Shown in pieces: positions 8,831-17,726 of a DNA stretch of 64,000 nucleotides (its first letter is position 1; each line of letters begins with the position of its first letter). This stretch comes from a virus: IMG/VR virus record IMGVR_UViG_3300045978_000375, positions 1-64,000 of that record; one strand, 5' to 3'. The translations under genes were made by a program, and so were the position numbers. The notes beneath the pieces are model-generated. The model was not told where the DNA came from and did not search any database. It saw only the letters and a program-made list of their open reading frames with translations.

Positions 8831-9994
8831 GTGCCGAACCTCGCGAAGTTCACGATCAACGCGTCGGCGAGCTCGCCCGGCGGCTTCTCCGCGACCGTGA
8901 GCCAGGTCTTGACGATGGCGCTCGAGGGCGGGCCCGCGAACGTCGTGAACCGTTGGACCCTGCAGGTCTTCGACGCCGCCGACGCCTCATCCCCCCTGGC
9001 GTCGAAGAACGCACCCAGCCTCACGCTGGTCGGCGGGACGAGCGGGCAGAAGGTGGATGCCGCGACACCGGGCACGAGCATCACGACCACCATGCCGTCG
9101 AGCGGCGTGCACTCGTGGCTCGTCCGGTCGCTCGTAAACGGCGGCCTGAACGCCAAGGGCAAGGCCGACCCGGAATACGTCTACGAGCGGCTCGTCTACA
9201 TCCCGACCGGCTCGGCGCTCCGGAAGGTGATCGCCACCGAGGGGACGGCGGCGAGCTCGAGGGGATGGGCGGACGCGCAGAACGACCTCATTGACGCTGG
9301 GGCAGGGCCGCTCACAGCGCCGGGCGGCGCGAGTGATGCGAACAAGGTTGCGCAGGCGAATGGCTCCGGAACGAACCTCGGATATGCAGCGACCCTTCGC
9401 ATCGACAACAACTACTTCACGCTCGATGTGGCAGCGAGCCAGGGCGGCTTCTACCAGCAGACATCCGCGGCGGCTACTGACACCGCCCGGCGCCTGATGG
9501 AGTTCGCCGCGCAGAACGTGTCGGGGAACACAAACACGATCGGTGGAACTGTATTTGTCAGGGGGGGCGACACATTTGGCTCAGGTGGCACCCACCAGGG
9601 CGGCGATGCGATACTGCGTGGCGGCTGGGCGAATGGCGCATCCGGTACCCGGAGAGGCGGGCATGTGGTGTTGGGCGGCGGCACTGGCGCCACCAGCTAT
9701 GGGAATATCTACTTCGGCACGGACTATGCCGCTGGATACGATTTCAAGAGCATGGCGCGCGGGATTGTCGTGCAAAACGCGCTGGCTGCACCCACAGCCG
9801 ACCTGTCAGACGCCCACGCGTACTACAGTGACACGGGCCGGCCCACGTGGCGGTTCAATGGCACGACCCTGCGCCTTGACGGAACTTCTGGCAGTGCAAG
9901 CGCCGGAGGTTTGGCAAAGCCGAGCCTCTACGATGGCTACATCACGGTCACTATCGGTGGTTCAACGAAGAAGATCCCGTTTTACGCGAACTGA
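8831..9994 (+). CDS. tail-fibre / tailspike-like protein
   Basis: 387 aa with a GTG start. Has Gly-rich beta-helix-like repeats (GGDAILRGGWANGASGTRRGGHVVLGGG) and a C-terminal ITVTIGGSTKKIPFYAN typical of fibre ends. Confidence 0.5.
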   Translation: MPNLAKFTINASASSPGGFSATVSQVLTMALEGGPANVVNRWTLQVFDAADASSPLASKNAPSLTLVGGTSGQKVDAATPGTSITTTMPSSGVHSWLVRSLVNGGLNAKGKADPEYVYERLVYIPTGSALRKVIATEGTAASSRGWADAQNDLIDAGAGPLTAPGGASDANKVAQANGSGTNLGYAATLRIDNNYFTLDVAASQGGFYQQTSAAATDTARRLMEFAAQNVSGNTNTIGGTVFVRGGDTFGSGGTHQGGDAILRGGWANGASGTRRGGHVVLGGGTGATSYGNIYFGTDYAAGYDFKSMARGIVVQNALAAPTADLSDAHAYYSDTGRPTWRFNGTTLRLDGTSGSASAGGLAKPSLYDGYITVTIGGSTKKIPFYAN

Positions 9995-10039
9995 GGCAGG
10001 CGGGTCTGCTCTCCACCTCCCGGCCCAAGCTCCCTTGGC

Positions 10040-10393
10040 ATGCCCACGGCCGCCGAATTCCGACTCCACCAAGCCCGCCTGACCGGTCAGCGGGAGCAAC
10101 TCGCCTCATTCAGCCAGACGCTCCGAAAGAACCTCGCCGCCTGGCGGGCGCAGGAGGCGGAGCGTCACCCCATTTCCCGCGCTCTCTGCTTCTCCCTGAA
10201 CGAGGCTTGGATCGCGCGCATCGACTCCTTTCTCGCCGACACCGACGCGCTCGTGCAGGCGCTTGTCCAGCAAGAGTCGCTCATCACCGACCAGGCGCGA
10301 GCCGCCGAGGATGCCGAGCGCGCGCCACCAGCACCACCGCCCGAACCACCGGCGCCCCCTCAAAAGACCCCGACTAAACGGCGCCGCCGGTGA
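10040..10393 (+). CDS. hypothetical coiled-coil protein
   Basis: 117 aa. Its stop overlaps the portal GTG (GTGA). Confidence 0.4.
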   Translation: MPTAAEFRLHQARLTGQREQLASFSQTLRKNLAAWRAQEAERHPISRALCFSLNEAWIARIDSFLADTDALVQALVQQESLITDQARAAEDAERAPPAPPPEPPAPPQKTPTKRRRR

Positions 10394-11925
10394 GCTCCTT
10401 CCTCCCCTTCGTGCGCCAGGGCCGCGATGGCGAGCTCTGGTTTCGGACCGGAGGCCCTCTCACCGAGCGCTGGGTTGAAACGCCCAACCCGGTCCTCGAG
10501 CAGGTCCGGGCCTATTACGGCACGAGCCTCACGCCCGAGCTCATCGAGCGCGTGATCTGCATGGCCGACTCGGGCTTCATGCGCGACCTCACCGACCTCA
10601 TCTACGAGGCCTGCCGCGTCGACCCGCATTTTTCCATGTGCGACGGGAAACGCCTGCGAGCCGCGGCCAGCATCGAGCCGACCGTCGTCCCGGCGAGCGG
10701 CGACTACATCGACCCGGCCCTCGCGGCCACTTACGCCGATGCCGTACGCCAGCAGCTTACGTGGCTGCCGAACCTCCGGCAAACGCTCCTACGTTTCAAC
10801 TGGGGGCATAAATTCGGGCGCGCCGCGAGCGAGCTCGTCTGGGGCGAGGTGAAGTCTCCACGAGCGCCGTTCAAGTGGCGCATCGAGCAGGTGAACTGGA
10901 TCCATCCCCGCCGTCTCGCGTTCGGCCCCGACCGGGAGCTCCGCGTGCGCGATGACATGTGGGGCGGCTATGGCTTCGAGGCGAAGGGGCTCGCGCTGCG
11001 CGACTACCCCTACAAGTTCATCGGGTTTTTGCCGCAGCTCTTCAACGAGTACCCCGAGCGGGAGGGGTACGGCGTCCGCGGGCTCTACCACTCGTTCTTC
11101 AGGCGTTTCGGCTGGCGCGAGCAGCTCGTGCTCTGCGAGGTTTTCGGCCGGCCATGGAAGATGCTCGGCCCAAAGGATGGCGTCTCCGTCTCAAAAGAAA
11201 CCCTCGATGATGCCGCGCAGAAGATCGACCAGGCCGGTGCGAACGCAACCCTCGTGCGCCCGCCCGGCACCGAGCTCGATGTCGTCCAGCCCGTGCAAGG
11301 CGCCGGACAAGTGCACAAGGACGTGAAGCAGGAGGCGAACGATGAGATCTCGAAGCTCGTGCTCGGCGAGGTCCGAACCTCCGACGCAAAGCCCGGCGCG
11401 ATCGGTAGCCAGGGCGAAGAAGTCGCGCTCGAGGTGCTCTCGGAGGTGAAGGCGCAGGACTGCTGGAACCTCTCCGACATGCTGACCGAGGGCATCGCCG
11501 TGAATCTCATCAAGCTGAACTTCGGCGACGAGAACCTCGACCACTGCCCGCGGATCTCCCTGCCCTACGAGCCGCCGCCGAACCGCACTGAGGAGGTCGA
11601 GCGGACCGAAAAGGCCTTCTCGATTGGCGTGCCGCTCCTCGAGGACGAGGTCTACGAGCGGATCGGCTTCACCAAGCCGGAGCCCGGAGACGCGGTCGTA
11701 AAAAAGCAGGAGCCGCCGCCCATGCCGGGCCTCGGCGGCCCGCCAGGTGCGCCACGTCCAGCCGGCGCCACCGAACCCACCGAGGAGCCGCAGCTTTCCG
11801 CGCCGCCGTCCTTCGAGCCCTACGCGCGCGCCGCTCATGTGCTCGAGCTCGCCAGGTACGCGAGCGCCGGTGAGCGGCTCGTGCGGTCGGTCGTCCCGAA
11901 TCCCGAGCCGCCGGCGAGCGAATGA
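10390..11925 (+). CDS. portal protein, Mu gp29 (DUF935)-like
   Basis: 511 aa, immediately upstream of and coupled (ATGA) to a MuF gene. The N-terminal DSGFMRDLTDL...DPHF region is like Mu gp29 family portals. Confidence 0.8.
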   Translation: MSSFLPFVRQGRDGELWFRTGGPLTERWVETPNPVLEQVRAYYGTSLTPELIERVICMADSGFMRDLTDLIYEACRVDPHFSMCDGKRLRAAASIEPTVVPASGDYIDPALAATYADAVRQQLTWLPNLRQTLLRFNWGHKFGRAASELVWGEVKSPRAPFKWRIEQVNWIHPRRLAFGPDRELRVRDDMWGGYGFEAKGLALRDYPYKFIGFLPQLFNEYPEREGYGVRGLYHSFFRRFGWREQLVLCEVFGRPWKMLGPKDGVSVSKETLDDAAQKIDQAGANATLVRPPGTELDVVQPVQGAGQVHKDVKQEANDEISKLVLGEVRTSDAKPGAIGSQGEEVALEVLSEVKAQDCWNLSDMLTEGIAVNLIKLNFGDENLDHCPRISLPYEPPPNRTEEVERTEKAFSIGVPLLEDEVYERIGFTKPEPGDAVVKKQEPPPMPGLGGPPGAPRPAGATEPTEEPQLSAPPSFEPYARAAHVLELARYASAGERLVRSVVPNPEPPASE

Positions 11926-13646
11926 GGACCTCGGCCGAGGCGGCCGACGAGCTCGAGGCGTTCGGCCTGTTCTATGGCGCGCTCGCAGCGCGGCGGTACT
12001 ACGGCGAGCACGTCTGCCTCGCCGTCCACCCGGACGAGGCTAACGGCTCCGTCGAGGACCTGGTCGAGCGCGGTGTCGACCAGGGCGCCGCTATCACGGC
12101 CGGCTGGGCTGAGCAGATCCTCGACGCCGTGGACGACCGCTCCTCGGTGCAGTCGATCCTGACCGCACTCGGCGAGCTCGAGAGGCGCCTCGACCTGGAG
12201 GAGTTCGCCCGCGTTGTCGAGCAGCAGATCCTCCACGGCGCCATGCTCGGCGTCCTCGATTCCGAGTGGGAGCGCGAGCACGACGAGGACATCGCGCCGG
12301 CGCGCTTCGCCGAGCCGCAGCCGTTCTCGGGCGTGCCCTACGAGGACGCCCGGAGGCTCTTCGACGCGCGGCAGGTCCTACCACGGCCCGCCTTCGACGC
12401 GCTCGAGCAGGGGGCGAGGCGGCAGGCCTTCACGGTCGCCAGGATGGCGTCGGCGGAGATGCTGAACGTCACGAAGGCCGAGCTCGCCCGGCAGCTCGCG
12501 CACGCCCGTGACCGTCCCGTCGTTGGCCCGGACGGCGTCGCGCGGCGCGAGGGCTTCAACCTCAGGACCTTCCGGAAGTTCGCGAAGGAGCGGCTCGAGA
12601 GCGCCGGCTGGACGCCAGCCAATAAGTCGCACGTCGAGACTGTCTTTCGCACCAACGTGATCGGCGCGCTCGCGTCGGGGAGGTTCGTCGAGATGCGCCG
12701 CCCGGAGGTGCTGTCGGCACTGCCGTACTGGCAGATCCGTGGCGTCAGCGACTCACGAACGCGCCCCACGCATAAGGCCGCCTTCGGCATCATCCTCCCA
12801 GCGGATCACCCGTTCTGGCGCACAGCGTATCCGCCATTTGGTTACAATTGCCGCTGTGGTGTAACCGCTCGCTCGGCACGATGGCTCGAACGGTCTGGAA
12901 AGTCAATCGGGCCGGTGCCGAAGGACCTGCCGGATCCAGGCTTCGACTCGGGGACGGACCGGCTCATCAGTGTGCCGAGCGCCGCGCTCGAGCCCGCGCG
13001 GCCCGAGCAGCCAGCGGCGCCCAAGCGGCCGCCTTGGATGCACTCGCCCCCACCGCCGGAGCCGGTCACGGCCACCGAATTCGAGCGTAGCGCGACGCTG
13101 TATGAGCAGCGCGTAGTGGGTGCGGGAGAGTTCCTGAAGACGAGCGACCGCTTCGAGGTGCTCGAGAAGTACACGGACTCCGACTATCTGTCTATCAACA
13201 GATCCCTGCTGTTTACGGACGCTCCAGTTACCAACCAGACTCGGCAACAGGTCGCGGATCTACAGCATCTCCTCGCACAAGCGAGGGTCGCCGGACACGC
13301 GTTCGAGGGTGCCGTGTACCGCGGGGTAGCGGTACCACCAGAACTCCTCGCGCGCTGGGCTTCGGAAGAGGTCATCGAGTTCGCTGCGTTCACCTCGACG
13401 ACGACGGTCGAGCGCATGGCGTTGTTGTTTACGAGTCCGAATCGCGATGAGGTGCGGGTCCTCTTTCAGATTCGACAGCGGTCAGGCGTGCCGGTCGGCA
13501 CGGTATCGTCTACGCCTGGTGAATCCGAGATTCTCCTGCCATCCGGCAAGAGGTTTCGCCGAATTGGTCCGGTGCGCGTTGAAACACGTGGAAGTGCGAC
13601 GAACCCGAAAATCGTGAACGTCATCGATCTCGAGGAGCTCGATTAG
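11922..13646 (+). CDS. MuF / SPP1 gp7-like head morphogenesis protein fused to a C-terminal ADP-ribosyltransferase toxin domain
   Basis: MuF signature YWQIRGVSDSRTRPTHKAAFG...PPFGYNCRCG, followed by a Pro-rich linker. The ART motifs appear in order: YLSINRSL, AVYRGV (R), AFTSTT (STS-like), GESEILLP (ExE). Confidence 0.85.
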   Translation: MRTSAEAADELEAFGLFYGALAARRYYGEHVCLAVHPDEANGSVEDLVERGVDQGAAITAGWAEQILDAVDDRSSVQSILTALGELERRLDLEEFARVVEQQILHGAMLGVLDSEWEREHDEDIAPARFAEPQPFSGVPYEDARRLFDARQVLPRPAFDALEQGARRQAFTVARMASAEMLNVTKAELARQLAHARDRPVVGPDGVARREGFNLRTFRKFAKERLESAGWTPANKSHVETVFRTNVIGALASGRFVEMRRPEVLSALPYWQIRGVSDSRTRPTHKAAFGIILPADHPFWRTAYPPFGYNCRCGVTARSARWLERSGKSIGPVPKDLPDPGFDSGTDRLISVPSAALEPARPEQPAAPKRPPWMHSPPPPEPVTATEFERSATLYEQRVVGAGEFLKTSDRFEVLEKYTDSDYLSINRSLLFTDAPVTNQTRQQVADLQHLLAQARVAGHAFEGAVYRGVAVPPELLARWASEEVIEFAAFTSTTTVERMALLFTSPNRDEVRVLFQIRQRSGVPVGTVSSTPGESEILLPSGKRFRRIGPVRVETRGSATNPKIVNVIDLEELD

Positions 13647-13834
13647 CGAAGTTTCCCCGTCTCGAGCGCGTTCGACTCGAGAATTCGCGCCTCTTGCTTC
13701 GTGAGCAATCCATCCTGCACGAGCTCCCTCAAGAGTTTGCGCGTGAATGGCGCCGCCGCGAGCCTTCGTTCGACAGCGAGCTCACGCTCGGTTTCGAGCG
13801 GGTCCGTGGTCGCGTCGCCCGACTCCGTGGCCAT
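13643..13834 (-). CDS. small acidic helical protein, candidate immunity/antidote to the ART domain
   Basis: 63 aa and the only minus-strand ORF in the late operon. It is convergent with the MuF-ART gene and the two stop codons overlap. By hand count, 49 of 63 codons end in G/C. A promoter-like element sits directly upstream. Confidence 0.4.
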   Translation of the reverse strand: MATESGDATTDPLETERELAVERRLAAAPFTRKLLRELVQDGLLTKQEARILESNALETGKLR

Positions 13835-13840
13835 GCATGG

Positions 13841-13869
13841 ATCCTAACCAGGGACCGCGGCCGTTGCAA
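13841..13869 (-). promoter_or_regulatory. sigma70-like promoter for the small minus-strand ORF (leaderless)
   Basis: Read on the minus strand: TTGCAA, 17 nt, TAGGAT, 6 nt, ATG. Confidence 0.35.
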
Positions 13870-13914
13870 GCCATGGGGGTCACGTCACTTGCGCGGCGTC
13901 CAGATTGCCCGGCA

Positions 13915-15603
13915 ATGGCCGACCAGCGGCTCCTCCGGCTCATCCCGACGGGAAGCTTTCTCGGCGCCGTCTTCGGCGCTGCCGTGCCCATTCCGAAAGC
14001 GACGGCAACCGACCTCGAGGACGGTAAGCGCGTCTGGCTCCAGGCGGCCTATGAGGGGGAGTTCAAGGGCTATCGGATCCCGATGAAGCTCACCGCGGCC
14101 TTCTTCGCCGCGATGATCGCGAACCTCCGAGCGGACCCGCAATTCCGGGCCGGCGATGACGGCTACGGCGCGCAGCCGGTCGTGCGCATGGACTACGAGC
14201 ACGCCTCGGCGATGCCGCCGTCGGAGGGGTCCATTCCCGCGCAAGGTGCACCGGCGCCGGGCTGGGTGTGCGACATGGAGGTCCGAGCGGGCAAGGAGGG
14301 GAGGCTCGAGCTCTGGGCGCTTTGCGAGCTCGGCACTCAGCTCACCGAGCAGATCAAGGCCGGGGAGCAGCGCTTTCTGAGCATCGAGGCGCCGCTGAAG
14401 TCGAAGGACCCGGTCACCGGTGAGGACCGCGGCCCGAAGCTGAATGCACTCGCCGTCACGAATAGCCCCTTTCTCCGCGACCTCGAGCCCATGCGGATCG
14501 CTGCGTCGATGAGCGTCTGGGGGAAGGCAGAGACGACGGCCGAGCTCGTCGAAGGGATGCGCGGGATTCTCGAGATGCCCGAGACCGCGACGCCCGCCGA
14601 CATGAAGGACTACCTCGAGGCGATCGGCGTCGCCTACCAGAACGGCGTGCGCCCGCCCGGCTACCCCGACGGCCTCGGCGGCGTGCTCGACAGCGTTCGT
14701 CGCTTGGTCGGTCTGACAATGCTCGCCACCGGCGAACAGATCGTGGCGGCGGCGGGTCAGCAACTCGACACCGCGTCAGCTTCGGTGGCGACGACGCCGC
14801 TCCCGGCGGCTCAACCCCAAGGACCCGCTGCGATGACTGCATCTGCTACCCCCGACAAGCTCCGAGTCGCTCTCGTTGCCCTCTTCGGTTGCGTGGACCA
14901 CGACGACGTGATCCTCGCCGAGGCAACCAAAGCCAAGGGCGGGCTCGCCGCGCTCGGCGACCTCATGAAGAAGTACGGCGCGGCCGACCACGCGGACCTC
15001 GCCACGAAAGCGATGGCGGCCCGGGACGAGGCTGCCAAGACGGCCGAGTTTGCGACTAAGCTCGGCGAGGCCCTCGCCGCGCTCGACAGTGGCGTGCAGG
15101 AGGAGGCAAAGAAGGACACCGAGGCCGTGGCTGCCTCGTGTGGCTTCGCCGCCGAAAACAAGGGCGCGCGCACCGTCATCCTCTCGCAGCTGCTCGAAGC
15201 GCGTCGCGCCGCTCTCGGCATCGTAGCCGAAGAGAACGAGGGCAAGCTCGAGCTCTCCTTCGGCAAGCCGAACGGCGCGAAGCTCGAGCTCTTCTGGCAG
15301 AACTACCCGAAGCCGGACGCGAAGAAGGTCGTGCTCTCGACCAGCATCGTCGCCGGGCAAAACGGCGCTCAGCTCGGCGGCCCGCACACGGGCCTGCAGC
15401 AGAAGCCCGTCGGACAGCAGCCGCCCGCCGGCGCCGATCAGGAGCCCGAGCACATCGCGGCGCTCGCGAACTACCCGGGCCCGAACCCCATCGCAAAAGC
15501 CATCGCGTATCTCAGCGAGAAGCTGCCGGGGTTCAAGTCGCTCGACTGGGGCACGCAGAACTTCCGCGCGAACCAGTACGTGCTCACCGGAAAGGCAGCC
15601 TGA
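13915..15603 (+). CDS. Mu gpI-like prohead protease / scaffold
   Basis: Internal ATG chosen (MADQRLLRLIPTGSF...). The N-terminal region is like Mu-like prophage protein I and the C-terminal half is Ala/Glu-rich and scaffold-like. Its position between MuF and capsid fits. Confidence 0.65.
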   Translation: MADQRLLRLIPTGSFLGAVFGAAVPIPKATATDLEDGKRVWLQAAYEGEFKGYRIPMKLTAAFFAAMIANLRADPQFRAGDDGYGAQPVVRMDYEHASAMPPSEGSIPAQGAPAPGWVCDMEVRAGKEGRLELWALCELGTQLTEQIKAGEQRFLSIEAPLKSKDPVTGEDRGPKLNALAVTNSPFLRDLEPMRIAASMSVWGKAETTAELVEGMRGILEMPETATPADMKDYLEAIGVAYQNGVRPPGYPDGLGGVLDSVRRLVGLTMLATGEQIVAAAGQQLDTASASVATTPLPAAQPQGPAAMTASATPDKLRVALVALFGCVDHDDVILAEATKAKGGLAALGDLMKKYGAADHADLATKAMAARDEAAKTAEFATKLGEALAALDSGVQEEAKKDTEAVAASCGFAAENKGARTVILSQLLEARRAALGIVAEENEGKLELSFGKPNGAKLELFWQNYPKPDAKKVVLSTSIVAGQNGAQLGGPHTGLQQKPVGQQPPAGADQEPEHIAALANYPGPNPIAKAIAYLSEKLPGFKSLDWGTQNFRANQYVLTGKAA

Positions 15604-15630
15604 GGCGCCACCGGCGCGAAGGACATCACT

Positions 15631-16011
15631 ATGGAAACCACGCAACCCACCTGGTTCCGCAGCGCGAAGAACAAGACCGTCGCTGCCATCGTCGCTCAAC
15701 GCTTCGTCGATCCCGATGCGACCAACTTCCAGGGCATCCAGCTGCCTTCGGCCGTCACCACGGTTGGCTACGGCGTGACGAGTGAGGACATCCCGATCGA
15801 CGGGACGGGCTCCATCCAGATCGAGGGCATCGCCCAGGTCGTCTGCTCTGCGGCCATCGCACTCGGCGCACTCGTGCAGTCGGGCACCGACGGCCGCGCC
15901 GCGACCGCCGCGACGAACAGCGCCGTCCGAGGTCGCTGCGTGAAGGCTACGGCGGGCTCGGGGGAAGTCGCCGAAGTGGAACTCTGGAAAGGCCGCTTCA
16001 TCGCGCCGTGA
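15631..16011 (+). CDS. head decoration-like protein (DUF2190-like)
   Basis: 126 aa and Gly/Ala/Val-rich, lying between the protease and the major capsid. GAAGGA RBS. Confidence 0.4.
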   Translation: METTQPTWFRSAKNKTVAAIVAQRFVDPDATNFQGIQLPSAVTTVGYGVTSEDIPIDGTGSIQIEGIAQVVCSAAIALGALVQSGTDGRAATAATNSAVRGRCVKATAGSGEVAEVELWKGRFIAP

Positions 16012-16042
16012 GCGGCGCCAACTAGGACCGAAGGAAACGACC

Positions 16043-17170
16043 ATGAGCGCAAACATCGCCCTGAACAGCCGAGTCGACCGGCAGACCCTGATCGACGCCG
16101 CTTTGGGCCAGCTCCGGCAGTTCGTTCTGTCCGAGAATCTCCACGGACAGGACGGCAACCTCATCGGTCGCGCCGGCGAGACCATCACCCTCGCTGTGAT
16201 GCCGTCGGACACGAGCGACCAGCTCGCGGTCATCGACAACTACATCAGCGGCTATCGGAACTTCGGCTTCATGGCCGACATCGTGTCGCCCGTCGTGGTG
16301 GTGGACAAGGAAGCCGGCAAGAGGATCGACCGCTCGCTTGCGTCGGCCTTCACGGTGCACGAGACCGCGGTCGGCCGGCAGGGCCATATCAACGAGATTC
16401 AGGACGCGGCGAGCCGGGTGGACTATAAGACCCAGGAGTACGCGCTTGCGGCGTTCATCCCGTGGGGCTCGGAAAACGACGCGCTGCCGCAGTACCAGAT
16501 CCGCGAGGCGACGAGCACCATGCTCGCCGATCTCCTGCTGCTCTCGCGTGAGGTGAGGGTCTTCGACTTCCTCTCGACGCTCACGAACTGGAACACGAAC
16601 AACCGCACGTCGCTCACCACGAACTTCAAGTGGGACAACGGCTCGACGAAGGACCCCAGGCTGGACCTCCACACTCGCATGAAGGCGAGCGCCCAGCGCG
16701 TGACCGGGATCGCGATGAACCCGGACGTCGCCTACCACTTCCTCTCGGACAACAACGTGCGCGCCTACCTGAAGGCGACCATGGGCGACGACGCCCCGGT
16801 GCCGGACCTCGCTCGCACGATCGATGCGACGAACCATCAGCCCGAGACCATCAACATCGTCGGCTACCCGCCGATTTACATCTGCCCGGCAATGAAGCTC
16901 GTTTCCGGCGCTCTCACGTACGTACTCGCCGACGACGTGATCCTTTTCACGCGTCCGCCGACCAACGTCCCGACGAACATGTTCTCGGTCGCGACCTCCC
17001 TCACCTTCCGTCACCGCGGCAAGAGCGGCACCGGCTGGGTGACGAACGAGTACATCCCGAACGGCCGTGGACTGAACTCCGGCCGCATGCTCGAGACGGG
17101 TTTCGGCGAAGTCACCTTCTTTGGGTCAAATATTGCCGGCGGTCTCATCAAAGACGTGCTCAGCACCTGA
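16043..17170 (+). CDS. major capsid protein
   Basis: 375 aa with a good RBS (GAAGGAAA). It sits after the protease/scaffold and decoration-like genes, and a hairpin follows it. Confidence 0.7.
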   Translation: MSANIALNSRVDRQTLIDAALGQLRQFVLSENLHGQDGNLIGRAGETITLAVMPSDTSDQLAVIDNYISGYRNFGFMADIVSPVVVVDKEAGKRIDRSLASAFTVHETAVGRQGHINEIQDAASRVDYKTQEYALAAFIPWGSENDALPQYQIREATSTMLADLLLLSREVRVFDFLSTLTNWNTNNRTSLTTNFKWDNGSTKDPRLDLHTRMKASAQRVTGIAMNPDVAYHFLSDNNVRAYLKATMGDDAPVPDLARTIDATNHQPETINIVGYPPIYICPAMKLVSGALTYVLADDVILFTRPPTNVPTNMFSVATSLTFRHRGKSGTGWVTNEYIPNGRGLNSGRMLETGFGEVTFFGSNIAGGLIKDVLST

Positions 17171-17175
17171 GCCGA

Positions 17176-17198
17176 CGCCGCGCTGAGCGGCGCTCTTT
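17176..17198 (+). terminator. weak intrinsic terminator/attenuator candidate after the capsid gene
   Basis: CGCCGC-gctga-GCGGCG gives a 6-bp GC stem, followed by CTCTTT. Confidence 0.3.
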
Positions 17199-17213
17199 GA
17201 TGAAAGGACCAGC

Positions 17214-17714
17214 ATGGCAAAAGCGACAACGGAGGCGGCCGCACCGGTCGCCCAGAGCGAAGAGCAGCGCATCGCCGAGCAGCGCGATCGCGACCTCCGA
17301 CAACAGGCTTCGGACGCGTCGGCGGCGTCGAACGCGGCGAAGGCCGATGCGGCGGCCCTGAAGGGCGAGCTCGAGCGGGCGCAGGCGCAGGTCGCGGGCC
17401 TCCGCGCTGCGAACGAGCAGCTCACCAAGCAGCTCGAGCAGCTCCAGCAGAGCGTGCAGCTCAGGGAAACGCTGCCGAGCTTGCCGGACCTCCCACGCGG
17501 GGCGGCTCAGCTCACCGAGAGCGTGACGATTGGCTCGTTGGACGACGACAACAAGCCGCTCCGAACCGCTGCCAGGCGAGGCGACGTCGTAGTGGTCGGT
17601 GGCGACGTTCAGGAGCTCGAGTCCCTCCGGGGCAAGGTGGGCACCGTCGCGACCGTGCATCGCATCGACAAGGCGACGCGCGAAGAACTCGAAAAGCTCC
17701 GGTTCCTGCGCTAA
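17214..17714 (+). CDS. hypothetical coiled-coil protein
   Basis: 166 aa with an AAAGGA RBS. Ala/Gln/Glu-rich coiled coil followed by a small C-terminal domain. Confidence 0.5.
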   Translation: MAKATTEAAAPVAQSEEQRIAEQRDRDLRQQASDASAASNAAKADAAALKGELERAQAQVAGLRAANEQLTKQLEQLQQSVQLRETLPSLPDLPRGAAQLTESVTIGSLDDDNKPLRTAARRGDVVVVGGDVQELESLRGKVGTVATVHRIDKATREELEKLRFLR

Positions 17715-17726
17715 TTGGGGTGAGCC

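Noticed and set aside
4432-9994. A diversity-generating retroelement acting on the fibre-like genes.
   Set aside because: No reverse transcriptase ORF is present anywhere in the window, and I saw no template/variable repeat pair with adenine-specific differences.
13694-14086. A plus-strand 130-aa ORF in the gap after the toxin gene, as a same-orientation immunity candidate.
   Set aside because: The product is strongly Arg-rich and junk-like. It overlaps the protease gene by about 170 nt and is simply the in-register antisense of the better-supported minus-strand ORF. It is not fully excluded.
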